DNA of 55,647 nt from a virus (taxonomy: Duplodnaviria; Caudoviricetes). The number at the start of each line of letters is the position of its first letter. Position 1 is the stretch's first letter. The notes under the pieces were generated by a model. The model searched no databases, had not been told where the DNA came from, and worked only from the letters and a program-made list of their open reading frames with translations. Positions 46,501-55,004 of the stretch are shown one piece after another. The position numbers and the translations under genes were made by a program. The stretch covers positions 1-55,647 of IMG/VR virus record IMGVR_UViG_3300044838_000023; one strand, given 5' to 3'.

Positions 46501-48112
46501 TGTGCCCGCGCTTATGGCGTTGGGTTCAATGTCGTGGGGCAAGATCCTTAAGGGGCTGGCCGCGCTTGCTGCAGCCTTTGCACTTATAGGAATTGCCGGA
46601 CTTCTGTTGGAGCCAGTCATTCCAGGAATGCTTGGTCTTGGTTTAGCTCTCGGCCTCGTAGGCGTAGCTATGCTGGCGTTTGGTGTTGGAGCATCGCTTC
46701 TCGGTATCGGTTTGACTGCCATTGCAGCATCTGGTGGCGCAGCGATAGCTGTTCTGATCACAGGGCTGAAGGGTCTAATTGATCTTCTTCCGGTGCTGGC
46801 AAAGAATCTAGCAACAGCGCTAGTTAGCTTCATTACGATCATCGGCAAGAACGCTCCAGCCATCATTGGGGCGTTTGTTTCGTTGTTAACGTCGTTGTTA
46901 GAGGCTGTTCCTAAGATTATGCCTAGTCTGATTGCAGCTATTGCGTCAATCGTTCAAGGCATTCTCACGGTGCTGCTTGAGAACACACCAAAGCTCATTG
47001 CAGCAGGCTTGCAGTTACTGATGGATCTGCTCAATGGAATCAAGAACAACATTGGCAGAGTGACGACGACAGTTGTCGACATTATTGTCAACTTCCTGAA
47101 TGCTTTAGCTAGTAACATGCCTCGGATTATCGCGGCAGGAGTAAACCTTCTATTCAAGTTCCTCGAGGGTGTAGCAAAGGCAGCAGGACAGATCCCAGCC
47201 GAGGTCATTAAACTGATAGCTATATTCCTGGGCGCACTGTTCGGGAGTTTGCCGAAGATAGTTTCTGCCGGTACTACATTGGTCAATAAGATGATCACAG
47301 GTATCGGTAAGGCCTTCGGTATGATGACTACAGCTGGTGTTCAGCTTGTTGGTAAATTGATAAAGGCCATTATTGGCCAGACAACCAATCTACTTAAGGC
47401 TGGATACCAACTTATTTCAGATCTTGCTGGTAGAATCGGTGACGCAATCTTTAGCATCGGCCAGTATCTCTGGGATAAGGCAAAAGAAATAGGTGGTGAG
47501 ATTGTCGATGGTATTCTTGAAGGACTTAAGGATCTAGCCAAGAAGGTAAAGGATGTCATTCAGGGTGCCCTTGGCGGCACACTAGACGACATTGAAGACT
47601 TCCTTGGGGCAGGTTCACCATCGATGGTATTTGCTAACCGAATCGGTAAGCCAATCTCTGAGGGTGTTGCTTACGGTATTGACCAGAATGCGGGCCTGGT
47701 AACTGACAGTGTTCGTAGCATGGGCAAGACAAGCATTCTCGAGATGAAGAAGACAATGTCTGGCTTGGCCGAAGCTATATCTGCCGACGATGTGAATTAC
47801 AATCCAACAATTACACCGGTTCTCGATCTCTCGCAGGTCAAGAAGGATGCCGGTTCGATTGGTGGATTACTCACTGCGAATCCAATAAATGCCGCCGTTT
47901 CCTTCGGCCAGGCGAGCGATATTTTGGCTTCGCGTGCTGCGGCAGAGAATGATGCTCTGCAGAACCAGGATGTTAATACTCAACCTGTGCCTACGAGCAT
48001 TAAGATCGAACAGAACAACACCTCACCGAAAGCTTTGTCGACGATCGATATTTATCGTCAGACAAATAACGCGCTTTCATTGGCGAAGAAGGCTCTCGGA
48101 GTATCACCATAA
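43562..48112 (+). CDS. Tape measure protein
   Basis: 1516 aa, Ala/Leu/Gly amphipathic repeats, YA.KT.Y.F tape-measure domain. Confidence 0.93.
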   Translation: MSGSVDDEVVRMRFDNNAFERAVAATLGTLSKLKSSLNFTGADKGLDGIEAKANKFSLQGMSNGVDGISKKFSALSVVGVTALATIANKAVTAGLNIAKSFTTGPIKAGFENYETQINAVQTILANTGLKGAPGLAAVNKTLAELNTYANKTVYNFSEMTKNIGTFTAAGVALQPATDAIKGIANLAALSGSSSDQASTAMYQLSQAIAANKVGLQDWNSVVNAGLGGKVFQKALFNTGKLQGTLKGVKANETFDQWTKAGNSFRNSLQSGWITGKVLTSTLSQFTGDLTDAQLKSQGYNAEQIKEIQELAKTASGAATNIKTFTQLTSALKEEVATAYGAIFKTIFGDINGATKLFSGIHTVVENALTVPIYALNTLLQKTSELGGRAKAIKAFTTVFHAMGGVFDAVKDAYRSIFPATTPKGLLDTINAFGHFANLLQGFVTANKGSIENTFKGIFAVFDIGKQVVLGVVHVFTQLFSSVAGTGSNGFLEFTGRVGLMIVAFDKALKSGGLLTNFFQIVGNVLAIPIHLFQIAGAVISQLFAGFKPKSADGVTDSVTRAGDALGRLADITDNVDAWFSGLAGKIRPGVQAVINAFGNIGHAIASGFDSKTFGSILKTINTGLLAGIVLLLKKFLKGGINVDVGGGIFGKVSEALEGVTGNLKAMQTELKAKALLEIAAALGILVLSVVALAAINPQKLQGALKAMAIGFGELLGAMAILTKITGSAGFVKIPLMAASLDLLAGAILILTVAVAILSRMSWQELEKGLTAIGILLAALSASSVVLSANSAGMVRSGIGITAMAVALNLLAIAVKVFATMSWSQMLKGLAGVGIALAGIALAMRIMPKGMLLQAAAILVISVALNALYLAVKEFATLSYGTMIKGLIGIAGALVGIAIGMQLMPKGMLLQSVALIAVSVALQLIAKAVESMAQMSWSQIAKGLTALAGAMIILAGALLLMDGSLVGAAALLIVSEALHIFVPALMALGSMSWGKILKGLAALAAAFALIGIAGLLLEPVIPGMLGLGLALGLVGVAMLAFGVGASLLGIGLTAIAASGGAAIAVLITGLKGLIDLLPVLAKNLATALVSFITIIGKNAPAIIGAFVSLLTSLLEAVPKIMPSLIAAIASIVQGILTVLLENTPKLIAAGLQLLMDLLNGIKNNIGRVTTTVVDIIVNFLNALASNMPRIIAAGVNLLFKFLEGVAKAAGQIPAEVIKLIAIFLGALFGSLPKIVSAGTTLVNKMITGIGKAFGMMTTAGVQLVGKLIKAIIGQTTNLLKAGYQLISDLAGRIGDAIFSIGQYLWDKAKEIGGEIVDGILEGLKDLAKKVKDVIQGALGGTLDDIEDFLGAGSPSMVFANRIGKPISEGVAYGIDQNAGLVTDSVRSMGKTSILEMKKTMSGLAEAISADDVNYNPTITPVLDLSQVKKDAGSIGGLLTANPINAAVSFGQASDILASRAAAENDALQNQDVNTQPVPTSIKIEQNNTSPKALSTIDIYRQTNNALSLAKKALGVSP

Positions 48113-48118
48113 TGGACC

Positions 48119-48167
48119 GCAGAGCCGGGTCATAGATCGTCCCCCACTGTCTAGGGCCCGGCTCTGC
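48119..48167 (+). promoter_or_regulatory. Long GC-rich hairpin between tape measure and Dit genes
   Basis: GCAGAGCCGGGTC...GGCCCGGCTCTGC with C-rich loop and no U tract. Confidence 0.55.
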
Positions 48168-48201
48168 CCACTCATATTCTGGAAGGAGGTTTGCGCAGAC
48201 G

Positions 48202-49056
48202 ATGATTACGCAGATGGAAGTATTCACCTCTGGTGTGACGACACCGCCATTCCCCATTGTGGATCAGGATGTCGGTTTGGATTCAATTCAAATCAAGAAC
48301 ATTGATGGTTTGGGTCCAGTTACGGCAAATGTCAACACGACAGAATACGGGTCGATTGACGGCGAGATCCTAACCGGCACGTCTATACCAAAGCGCAACA
48401 TCGTCATCACGGCCGCGTTGAACCCCAACTGGGCTTTGGGTCAGACTTTTGAGAGCGTACGACAGGTTCTCTACTCATATTTCATGACAGAGAACCAGGT
48501 TCGTTTGCGCTTCACAAGCACACATCTAGCACCACTTGAGATCATTGGTTATGTTGAGTCCTGTGAGCCAGACATGTTCTCCAAGGATCCGATTTACCAG
48601 ATCTCCATCATCTGCCCACAGCCATATTTCATGGCTGTTTCACCAACCTCGATTCAGGGCCTAACGCAAGCCTTCGCAACGCCTGTTGATGTCTTGGTTA
48701 ACTACGAGGGAAACGCAGACGCTGGATTTACCGTTGACGTAACCTTACCTAGTGGCGGAACAGCATTCAGCGGTGAGGCTCGTTTCATCAATGGAACACC
48801 AACAACCAAGATCGGTGTTGTCACTCCAATTGTTGTGTCGACAACATCATTTTTTCGCCTTAGCACCGTTCAAGGCGCAAAATTCGCTAGGCAGTATCCA
48901 ATTCCTACTGGTCTTCCAACGAATGTCTTAGGCAAGTGGGCGACTGGTGGCAGTTGGATTACGCTTCGAAAGGGCGTCAATAAGATCCAGATTCTAACCG
49001 CAACCGCAGGCCTGAGTTGGACGCTGTCATATTACGCACGCTATGGGGGTCTGTAA
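48202..49056 (+). CDS. Distal tail protein (Dit-like)
   Basis: Follows TMP; IDGLGP, RNIV, ISIICP.PYF, L..G.N motifs. Confidence 0.7.
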   Translation: MITQMEVFTSGVTTPPFPIVDQDVGLDSIQIKNIDGLGPVTANVNTTEYGSIDGEILTGTSIPKRNIVITAALNPNWALGQTFESVRQVLYSYFMTENQVRLRFTSTHLAPLEIIGYVESCEPDMFSKDPIYQISIICPQPYFMAVSPTSIQGLTQAFATPVDVLVNYEGNADAGFTVDVTLPSGGTAFSGEARFINGTPTTKIGVVTPIVVSTTSFFRLSTVQGAKFARQYPIPTGLPTNVLGKWATGGSWITLRKGVNKIQILTATAGLSWTLSYYARYGGL

Positions 49057-50171
49057 TGGATCTTTACGTGTGTGATGCGAACTGGTTGAAGACCGATCTG
49101 GTGGACTCGTTCGACTCGCTTATTTGGACTGATCGATACAATGCGTATGGCGACGTTACACTCACACTTCCGGATACTCCGGCGAATCGTGCTTTGATCA
49201 CCGAGGGCATATTTCTACACATGCCGCTGTCCACAACGATCATGTTGGTTGAAACCATAAGCATCAAGGATAGTGTGATCACCGCTACCGGAACGGATCT
49301 GGTTAACTTCCTGCGGAATCGGTTATTTCGTCTTGGCTGGCAGGGAACAACAGACGTGTGGCAGTCCATAGGAATTGCTGCATACTCTCTCATCAACACG
49401 ATCATGTCGTTGTTAGCGCAGCCTGGTACGTATCTCACTACTGGCCCAATCCTTACGAGCGCGCAGGGCACGAACGAAGTTATCCCACATTTAACGGTGT
49501 CAGCTACCGCACCAGGCTTACCGAACCCAGGCATTAACATCTCGATCCCTTATGGCAATCTCTATGACGCCATAAAATCGGTCGCTGATGCTGACAATCT
49601 GGGTTTCACGATGTATCCGCCAAGCATGACTGACGGAACAGGAAACATCACATTCAAGACGTACCGTGGTTTGGATCGAACAACGTCTCAGAGCACAAAT
49701 CCTCAAGTCATATTTGATCCGGCCCTTGACACGTTAACTGGGACTGAAGAACTACGGGACATCTCAGGTTATAAGAATGTGGCTTGGGTTTGGCCAAATG
49801 GAATCACGGCTCAAACGCAGGTTGGGGTGGCATACGCCCCAGGAGCCAATCTTCTTTCGAGTTGGCAGCGTCGGACCATCATGGTCGAGGCAACAGATGT
49901 AAATGTTCCTGACTACACCACAGCAAACCTTGCGCTAGTATTAACACAGCGTGGGAAGGATGCTTTGGCGAACAATAACTATTCTAGACTGTTGACCGGA
50001 CAGATTGTCCCACAAAATGGTTACTCGTACGGAACCGACTACAATCTAGGTGATATTGTTGAATTGCGGGGGCCGTCGGCAACTGCGCAAAAGGCGCGAA
50101 TCACTGAGTATATTCGTTCTCAGGATCCGACGGGGGAAAACGCATATCCGACACTTTCTGTCGTCGGCTAA
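49056..50171 (+). CDS. Minor tail / baseplate hub protein (ReqiPepy6 gp37-like)
   Basis: SLIWTDRY..YG, YG.DY.LGD.V, RITEYIRS motifs; start at ATG 49056. Confidence 0.7.
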   Translation: MDLYVCDANWLKTDLVDSFDSLIWTDRYNAYGDVTLTLPDTPANRALITEGIFLHMPLSTTIMLVETISIKDSVITATGTDLVNFLRNRLFRLGWQGTTDVWQSIGIAAYSLINTIMSLLAQPGTYLTTGPILTSAQGTNEVIPHLTVSATAPGLPNPGINISIPYGNLYDAIKSVADADNLGFTMYPPSMTDGTGNITFKTYRGLDRTTSQSTNPQVIFDPALDTLTGTEELRDISGYKNVAWVWPNGITAQTQVGVAYAPGANLLSSWQRRTIMVEATDVNVPDYTTANLALVLTQRGKDALANNNYSRLLTGQIVPQNGYSYGTDYNLGDIVELRGPSATAQKARITEYIRSQDPTGENAYPTLSVVG

Positions 50172-50183
50172 AAGGAGGCCCGG

Positions 50184-50459
50184 ATGTTGAAGGAATGGCA
50201 GTTCAATATTCTCTTCTTCATCGGCACCGGAGGGGCTGTGTTCCTGCTGGTTGGTCCAGAATTTGGACTAAGCATCGCGGACAACCCAACGGCGTTGGCT
50301 GGGGTGGGCTCAATCCTGACTTATATTCTCACGCAGAAGAGTGCGCTGACGAAGAACGTCAAGCGGAAGAGCCGGCGTCGGCATGAAGAGGACGACGAGA
50401 ACGAGTCCGATAAGGAACCGTTCAAGAGTCCGTACGGAGAGAGCGGAGATGGAGGGTGA
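50184..50459 (+). CDS. Two-TM membrane protein (holin-like)
   Basis: Two hydrophobic helices, charged tail, SD aaggagg. Confidence 0.55.
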   Translation: MLKEWQFNILFFIGTGGAVFLLVGPEFGLSIADNPTALAGVGSILTYILTQKSALTKNVKRKSRRRHEEDDENESDKEPFKSPYGESGDGG

Positions 50460-51049
50460 TGGATACACGTCTTGGCGCACTGCTAGTTGGATGCGTCATC
50501 GGTTTCATACTCGGATACATCGTTCGATCTCTTCGCGAGATCAAAGCAAAGGTGGAAAAGGTGGATGAACACATCATGAATACGAAGCCGCATGGCGATG
50601 ATGGTTTCACCACTCCCGGGTGGCTGCAAAACATCGCGTTATTGGTTGTCGTTGCGATTACTGCTTGGTCGGCTTTCGCGAGCCAGCACAACTCAAATAC
50701 CATCAGTAGCCAGTCTGACTCGATCCAGAGTCAGCAGGATGCTTCTGACAAGCTTGTGGCCTGCAACCAGCAGTACCTTGCAGCTACAATTGCTGCGCTT
50801 AACGCTCGCACGACATTTAGTCAAGAGCAGAGCGCTGCGAATGTGAGCCTGCAGAAGTCGCTCAGTAACCTTGTTACGCTGTCGCTGAGGACGCCACCAC
50901 TAGGACCAGAGGCAGCAAGACAAGTGGTTGTCGGTTTCTCTGACGCGCTTAAGCACTTTCTCGATCTCAGTGCTAAGTCAGCAGACAAGGTAAGTGAGAA
51001 TCCGTATCCAACGGCTACTGGTCTTCTCGATTGCATCCATAAAAAGTAG
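50456..51049 (+). CDS. Membrane protein with coiled-coil ectodomain
   Basis: Two TM segments followed by Q/S-rich helix. Confidence 0.6.
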   Translation: MMDTRLGALLVGCVIGFILGYIVRSLREIKAKVEKVDEHIMNTKPHGDDGFTTPGWLQNIALLVVVAITAWSAFASQHNSNTISSQSDSIQSQQDASDKLVACNQQYLAATIAALNARTTFSQEQSAANVSLQKSLSNLVTLSLRTPPLGPEAARQVVVGFSDALKHFLDLSAKSADKVSENPYPTATGLLDCIHKK

Positions 51050-51059
51050 GGGGACTAAA

Positions 51060-51284
51060 ATGATCGTGTTTCTAGTTGTCGTCATTGTGCTGATGGGTCT
51101 AACGATCCTCGCTATGGCGGCCAAGATGAGAAAGATCAGTTACCAAGGCGAGATCTTGGTCTTTGAGACCGACGAGAAGAAGACTTTCTCGATTGAACCA
51201 TTCGGTGACATCGACAAGCTGGATCAGCGGACAGACATCCGGTTGAAGGTTGTAAAAGCCTCCACAGGTGGGCCTCGCGAGTAA
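51060..51284 (+). CDS. Small membrane-anchored protein
   Basis: MIVFLVVVIVLMGLTILAM TM helix; SD aggggg. Confidence 0.55.
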   Translation: MIVFLVVVIVLMGLTILAMAAKMRKISYQGEILVFETDEKKTFSIEPFGDIDKLDQRTDIRLKVVKASTGGPRE

Positions 51285-51322
51285 AACGCGGGCTATAGTG
51301 AGACCCCTACCTAAGGAGAACC

Positions 51323-51604
51323 ATGTTCAACCGAAAGCCCGTCAACCAGACCGCCTTCGATGAAGCGATCGCTAACGCGCTCCGCGAGCTGGCCGGTCAT
51401 GAAGCCGACACCGAGGCTTACCAGACAATCGTCACCCAACTAACCGCACTGAATGCGATCCAAACCACCAACAAGGATCGCGTCAGTAAGGAAACGCTGG
51501 CTGTCATTGCTTGTAACCTCGCTGGAATCATCATGATCGTCAGCCACGAGCACGTGAACGTCATCACATCGAAGGCTTTTGCACTGATCGGCAAGACACG
51601 CTGA
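51323..51604 (+). CDS. Cassette gene 1, hypothetical
   Basis: Follows motif and aaggag SD. Confidence 0.7.
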   Translation: MFNRKPVNQTAFDEAIANALRELAGHEADTEAYQTIVTQLTALNAIQTTNKDRVSKETLAVIACNLAGIIMIVSHEHVNVITSKAFALIGKTR

Positions 51605-51775
51605 ACTAGTTACCACAGACTAGAGACCCCAAGAGCCAGAGTGCTTGTAGACCTAACCCGTTTACAAGTGCTCTGACTTTTAGGTTTAAACAGTCAAAAT
51701 GGGAGTGATTTGCTTTGGTCTCTCGCGAGAAAAACATGGGTAATAATGAGATCCCTACTAAACTAAGGAACCATT

Positions 51776-51943
51776 ATGTCTGCCCACAAGACCATCATTG
51801 CCTCCTACGCTCTTATCGGTGCCGCTGTTGCCACCTCGCTCATCTATAACAAGATGCTCGAGCGTGACGCCAAACGGTTCACCAAGAAGATGGCGCAGGA
51901 CATGGATGACCTCAAAGCCAACATTGCCAACCTCGGCAAGTAA
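51776..51943 (+). CDS. Cassette gene 2, 55-aa TM peptide (MSAHKTIIAS...)
   Basis: Read from the sequence; motif + SD upstream, hairpin downstream. Confidence 0.7.
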   Translation: MSAHKTIIASYALIGAAVATSLIYNKMLERDAKRFTKKMAQDMDDLKANIANLGK

Positions 51944-52102
51944 CAACTCAAACCTCAGCCACAATAACTTGTGGTTTAGGTTTCGCAAAATAAACAAGCA
52001 GTATAAAAAATTGCCCGGGGGAGATTTCCGTGAAAAAGTTGATCATGCTCTCGCGGGATTTACATGGGTAATAGTGAGACCCCTACTAACAAAGGAAACG
52101 TC

Positions 52103-52309
52103 ATGCCCCAGAAAACGGTTTACGCAGACGACATTCTCGCTACCGACACCATCGAAATGGGAGGCGCGGAATTCTTCATCACAGACGTTATTATCAACAA
52201 CGCTGTCGATGGAGACGTCCACCTCACCATGCACCCGATCGGTTCAGAGAACTTGAAGTTCTACGCGTACCTGCCAAAACACTGGCCTACTACCATCCGT
52301 CGTAAGTAA
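52103..52309 (+). CDS. Cassette gene 3, small beta-rich protein
   Basis: ATG 52103 after motif and aaagga. Confidence 0.7.
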   Translation: MPQKTVYADDILATDTIEMGGAEFFITDVIINNAVDGDVHLTMHPIGSENLKFYAYLPKHWPTTIRRK

Positions 52310-52406
52310 CTACCTCAAGACCTCGAGCCCCTAACACGGGCTTTAGGTTTCACCTCGCGGGATTTACATGGGTAATAGTGAGACCCCTACTATCTAAGGA
52401 TTCCAA

Positions 52407-52559
52407 ATGAACAACACCCAGAAGCTCGCCGCTTCGACCGCTGTTACTGCCTTCGCCGCTGCTGCTACGTATTTCCATACGAAGAACAAGCGCGCGAAGA
52501 ATCGTAACAACGTTCGTCGCTACGGAGAATGGCTTGCCATCACCGGAACCACCGTCTAG
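52407..52559 (+). CDS. Cassette gene 4, 50-aa peptide (MNNTQKLAAS...)
   Basis: Read from the sequence; motif, SD and hairpin frame it. Confidence 0.7.
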   Translation: MNNTQKLAASTAVTAFAAAATYFHTKNKRAKNRNNVRRYGEWLAITGTTV

Positions 52560-52656
52560 TAATCCTCAAAACCTCAGCCACAGAAACATGTGGTTTAGGT
52601 TTTCCTCGCGAAAAAAACACGCCGTATAATGAGACCCCTACCCGAAAGGAACCATC

Positions 52657-52836
52657 ATGAAGAAGTTCATTGACAACCTGAAGGCTCAAGCCGAAGCCAA
52701 CCCGCTCGCCGCAATGGCCGCCGCCGCCCTACTGTTCACCGCAACAGCCAAGCTGCTGGACGCCAATACCGCGCGCTCGTCCGCCCGGACCCATGCCCTC
52801 GAAGTCAATCGCCGAATCGCGAACTCCAACCGCTAG
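52657..52836 (+). CDS. Cassette gene 5, 59-aa peptide (MKKFIDNLKA...)
   Basis: Read from the sequence; motif, SD and hairpin frame it. Confidence 0.7.
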   Translation: MKKFIDNLKAQAEANPLAAMAAAALLFTATAKLLDANTARSSARTHALEVNRRIANSNR

Positions 52837-52929
52837 TCCTCACAACCATATCCTACACGGGGTATGGTTTTCACTCGCGGGAAAAACATGGGTAATAGTG
52901 AGACCCAAACCCCTACAAAGGAGCCACAA

Positions 52930-53112
52930 ATGCCCAAGAACCCCGTCAAACCCGTCGCGAAGTTCGTTTCCCGCCACCGCGTTGCCATCGCCGTTGCCGC
53001 CACATTCACTGTGACGGTGATGCTGAATCGCACCGCCCTCAAGCAGCACAACGACTTCCTGAAGGACCACGACCTCTACGAAGCTTTCTACGCCCAGTTT
53101 GAAGAGGAGTAG
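52930..53112 (+). CDS. Cassette gene 6, 60-aa TM peptide
   Basis: ATG 52930 after aaggag. Confidence 0.7.
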   Translation: MPKNPVKPVAKFVSRHRVAIAVAATFTVTVMLNRTALKQHNDFLKDHDLYEAFYAQFEEE

Positions 53113-53173
53113 TCCCAAGACCTAGACCATACACATGGTTTAGGTTTTCATATTTGCCCAAATTGGAGGAACC

Positions 53174-53395
53174 ATGTCGACACTCAAGGAACGACTCGAA
53201 GCAACGCTCGGAGTCATCGACAGCAGCGATATTTCGCTAACAGAGTATGTTGTGCATCTCTACTACTTCTTCTCGTTCGAACGTCAGATCGTCAAGCGGA
53301 ACCGCGCACATCACAAGGCCGAGAAGCTTAAGCAGAAGATCGACGAGAATCTTGAGGTGTTCATCTTCCGCAAGCAGATGAGTGATCACCCATGA
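53174..53395 (+). CDS. Hypothetical protein
   Basis: SD ggagga. Confidence 0.6.
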   Translation: MSTLKERLEATLGVIDSSDISLTEYVVHLYYFFSFERQIVKRNRAHHKAEKLKQKIDENLEVFIFRKQMSDHP

Positions 53396-53673
53396 TGCCA
53401 CTTAACTCTTATGAGACGCACGTTCAATGTGACTGCGGTGGTACTCTTATCGTGATCGCCACACCAGATGACAATCTCCTTGCGCAAAGCCTAGATGACG
53501 AGAACTTCAACGTGTGGAAATACGAAGAAGTGTTGACCTTCAAGCACCGAGGAGAATTCACCAATCGCTGCTTGGAGTTCAAGAACGAAGTTGTAAAACT
53601 CATGCAAGAAGACACGCTGCGGCGAACACAGGGACTTCTGGGCCGGTTCATATCGCGCGAAATACATGGGTAA
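53392..53673 (+). CDS. Hypothetical protein
   Basis: Coupled ATGA start; CDCGG motif. Confidence 0.55.
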   Translation: MMPLNSYETHVQCDCGGTLIVIATPDDNLLAQSLDDENFNVWKYEEVLTFKHRGEFTNRCLEFKNEVVKLMQEDTLRRTQGLLGRFISREIHG

Positions 53674-53701
53674 TAGTGAGACCCCTACCCTAAGGAATGC
53701 C

Positions 53702-53917
53702 ATGTTTAAGAACCGCGCAGCCCAGGTCACATTCGTCAAGACCCCGAAGTCCGACACCGAAACCACCAAGACCACCCGTCGTTACACCGACGCTGAGATC
53801 ACCATGATCAAAAGCGCCGCTAAGAACGTCGGTGTGTACTTGCTGGGTTCGGCCGTCGCACTCAAGTTCACGAGTGCGATCTGCACCATCGCCATCAACG
53901 CCGCACCCAAGAAGTAA
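53702..53917 (+). CDS. Cassette gene 7, hypothetical
   Basis: ATG 53702 after motif and taagga. Confidence 0.7.
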   Translation: MFKNRAAQVTFVKTPKSDTETTKTTRRYTDAEITMIKSAAKNVGVYLLGSAVALKFTSAICTIAINAAPKK

Positions 53918-53978
53918 TCTCAACACCTAGACCACAAACACGTGGTTTAGGTTTTAACTTTAAACTAAGGAGACTAAA

Positions 53979-54359
53979 ATGCTTCGCAATCTGTTCGCTA
54001 CCTATATCATCGCTTCGCTTATGCTCCTGCTCGGAACGCTTCTCCCTTGGGCCAGCCTAATGGGTATATCTGTCGGTGGCTCAGACACCGACGACGGCAA
54101 GCTTATGCTTATTCTAGTGGGAGTTGTCGCAATCGCTGCGGTACTAGCACGTCGTCGCCCCAACGCTGCACAGGTCATTGGCCTCATTGGCTACGCTCTC
54201 GCGTTGGCTATGGGAATCTACGAAATCCACCACATCACCTCTCGGAGCCTTATGGGTATGCATCCGTCGGTGGGCTCGGGCCTTTGGATTGTTGTTGTCG
54301 GCTCAGTCATCGGTCTTGTCGGCAGCTTCCTCCCAACTAGTAAGAAGGTATCTGTTTAA
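53979..54359 (+). CDS. Four-TM membrane protein
   Basis: LPW, DG, G.GLW pattern with four hydrophobic segments; SD aaggag. Confidence 0.7.
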   Translation: MLRNLFATYIIASLMLLLGTLLPWASLMGISVGGSDTDDGKLMLILVGVVAIAAVLARRRPNAAQVIGLIGYALALAMGIYEIHHITSRSLMGMHPSVGSGLWIVVVGSVIGLVGSFLPTSKKVSV

Positions 54360-54440
54360 TATCCGGTCTACCCAATCTGACTCGCAAGATTTACACGGCT
54401 CTTAATGAGACCAACTCTCACCCTACCAAAGGAGATCCAA

Positions 54441-54638
54441 ATGTCCGACACCGAAACCGCAGTTAACACCGCAGGAGACGTCGTCAAGGAGATCGTCAAG
54501 GTCGCTACAATCGGAGCCGCAGTCACTGCCGCCGAGGTTGCTGGTGCCGTTGCGATCCTTCTCGTCGTCGGCCTCGTTGCCAACAAGCTGCAGGAGCGCA
54601 AGGCCAAGAAGAACGCCCTTACCGTAGTCCCCGAGTAG
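54441..54638 (+). CDS. Cassette gene 8, TM peptide
   Basis: ATG 54441 after motif and aaggag. Confidence 0.7.
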   Translation: MSDTETAVNTAGDVVKEIVKVATIGAAVTAAEVAGAVAILLVVGLVANKLQERKAKKNALTVVPE

Positions 54639-54705
54639 TCCCAACAGCCTAAGCCACATACACGTGGTTTAGGTTTTTGCCAAACTAACCCTGAAAGGGA
54701 AAACT

Positions 54706-54822
54706 ATGAACAACCGTCACCGCTATGGCTGTCTCAACTTCCTATTCGACTTGCTCATGATCTGCGTCACGGGCGGGTTATGGCTCATCTGGATCTTCTG
54801 CCGGGAGATGCGTAACCGATGA
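54706..54822 (+). CDS. 38-aa membrane peptide (YG...F.FD..M...TGGLWLIWIF.REMR)
   Basis: Read from the sequence; SD aaaggga. Confidence 0.6.
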   Translation: MNNRHRYGCLNFLFDLLMICVTGGLWLIWIFCREMRNR

Positions 54823-55004
54823 GTCAACAACAGCACTACAATTCAGCCACAGCAATCGGATGGGTTCTGCTCATCGTAATGATCGTCATCGCAGTCATAT
54901 TCGTAGGTGAACTGATCCACGATGGCTACAAGAAGTATCGGACTCACAAGAACGACAACAGCATATTCAAAGCTGCCGAGGAGGCACGAAGTGATTTCAG
55001 TTAA
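54819..55004 (+). CDS. Small membrane protein
   Basis: Coupled start, single TM helix. Confidence 0.55.
   Translation: MSQQQHYNSATAIGWVLLIVMIVIAVIFVGELIHDGYKKYRTHKNDNSIFKAAEEARSDFS

Larger units (their letters stand above)
51274..54426 (+). promoter_or_regulatory. Eight copies of a fixed-spacing promoter-like motif (starts 51274, 51722, 52050, 52354, 52605, 52874, 53652, 54381) plus a degenerate copy at 51982
   Basis: Consensus CTCGCG-N6-AC-RYG-N3-WATART-GAGACCCCTAC-N-AAGGA-N-ATG; copies at 52050 and 52354 are identical over about 39 bp. Confidence 0.85.
51950..54678 (+). terminator. Seven conserved hairpins ending cassette genes (about 51950, 52318, 52568, 52844, 53117, 53925, 54647)
   Basis: ACCT(C/A)(A/G)..CAC-[A/C-rich loop, AAC/ACAC]-GTGGTTTAGGTTTT with G-U pairs, each just after a stop codon. 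Confidence 0.8.

Noticed and set aside
51274-54680. CRISPR array or true integron
   Set aside because: The intervening sequences are long, variable-length ORFs with SD sites; no cas operon or tyrosine recombinase, and no attC-type RYYYAAC/GTTRRRY boundaries were recognised
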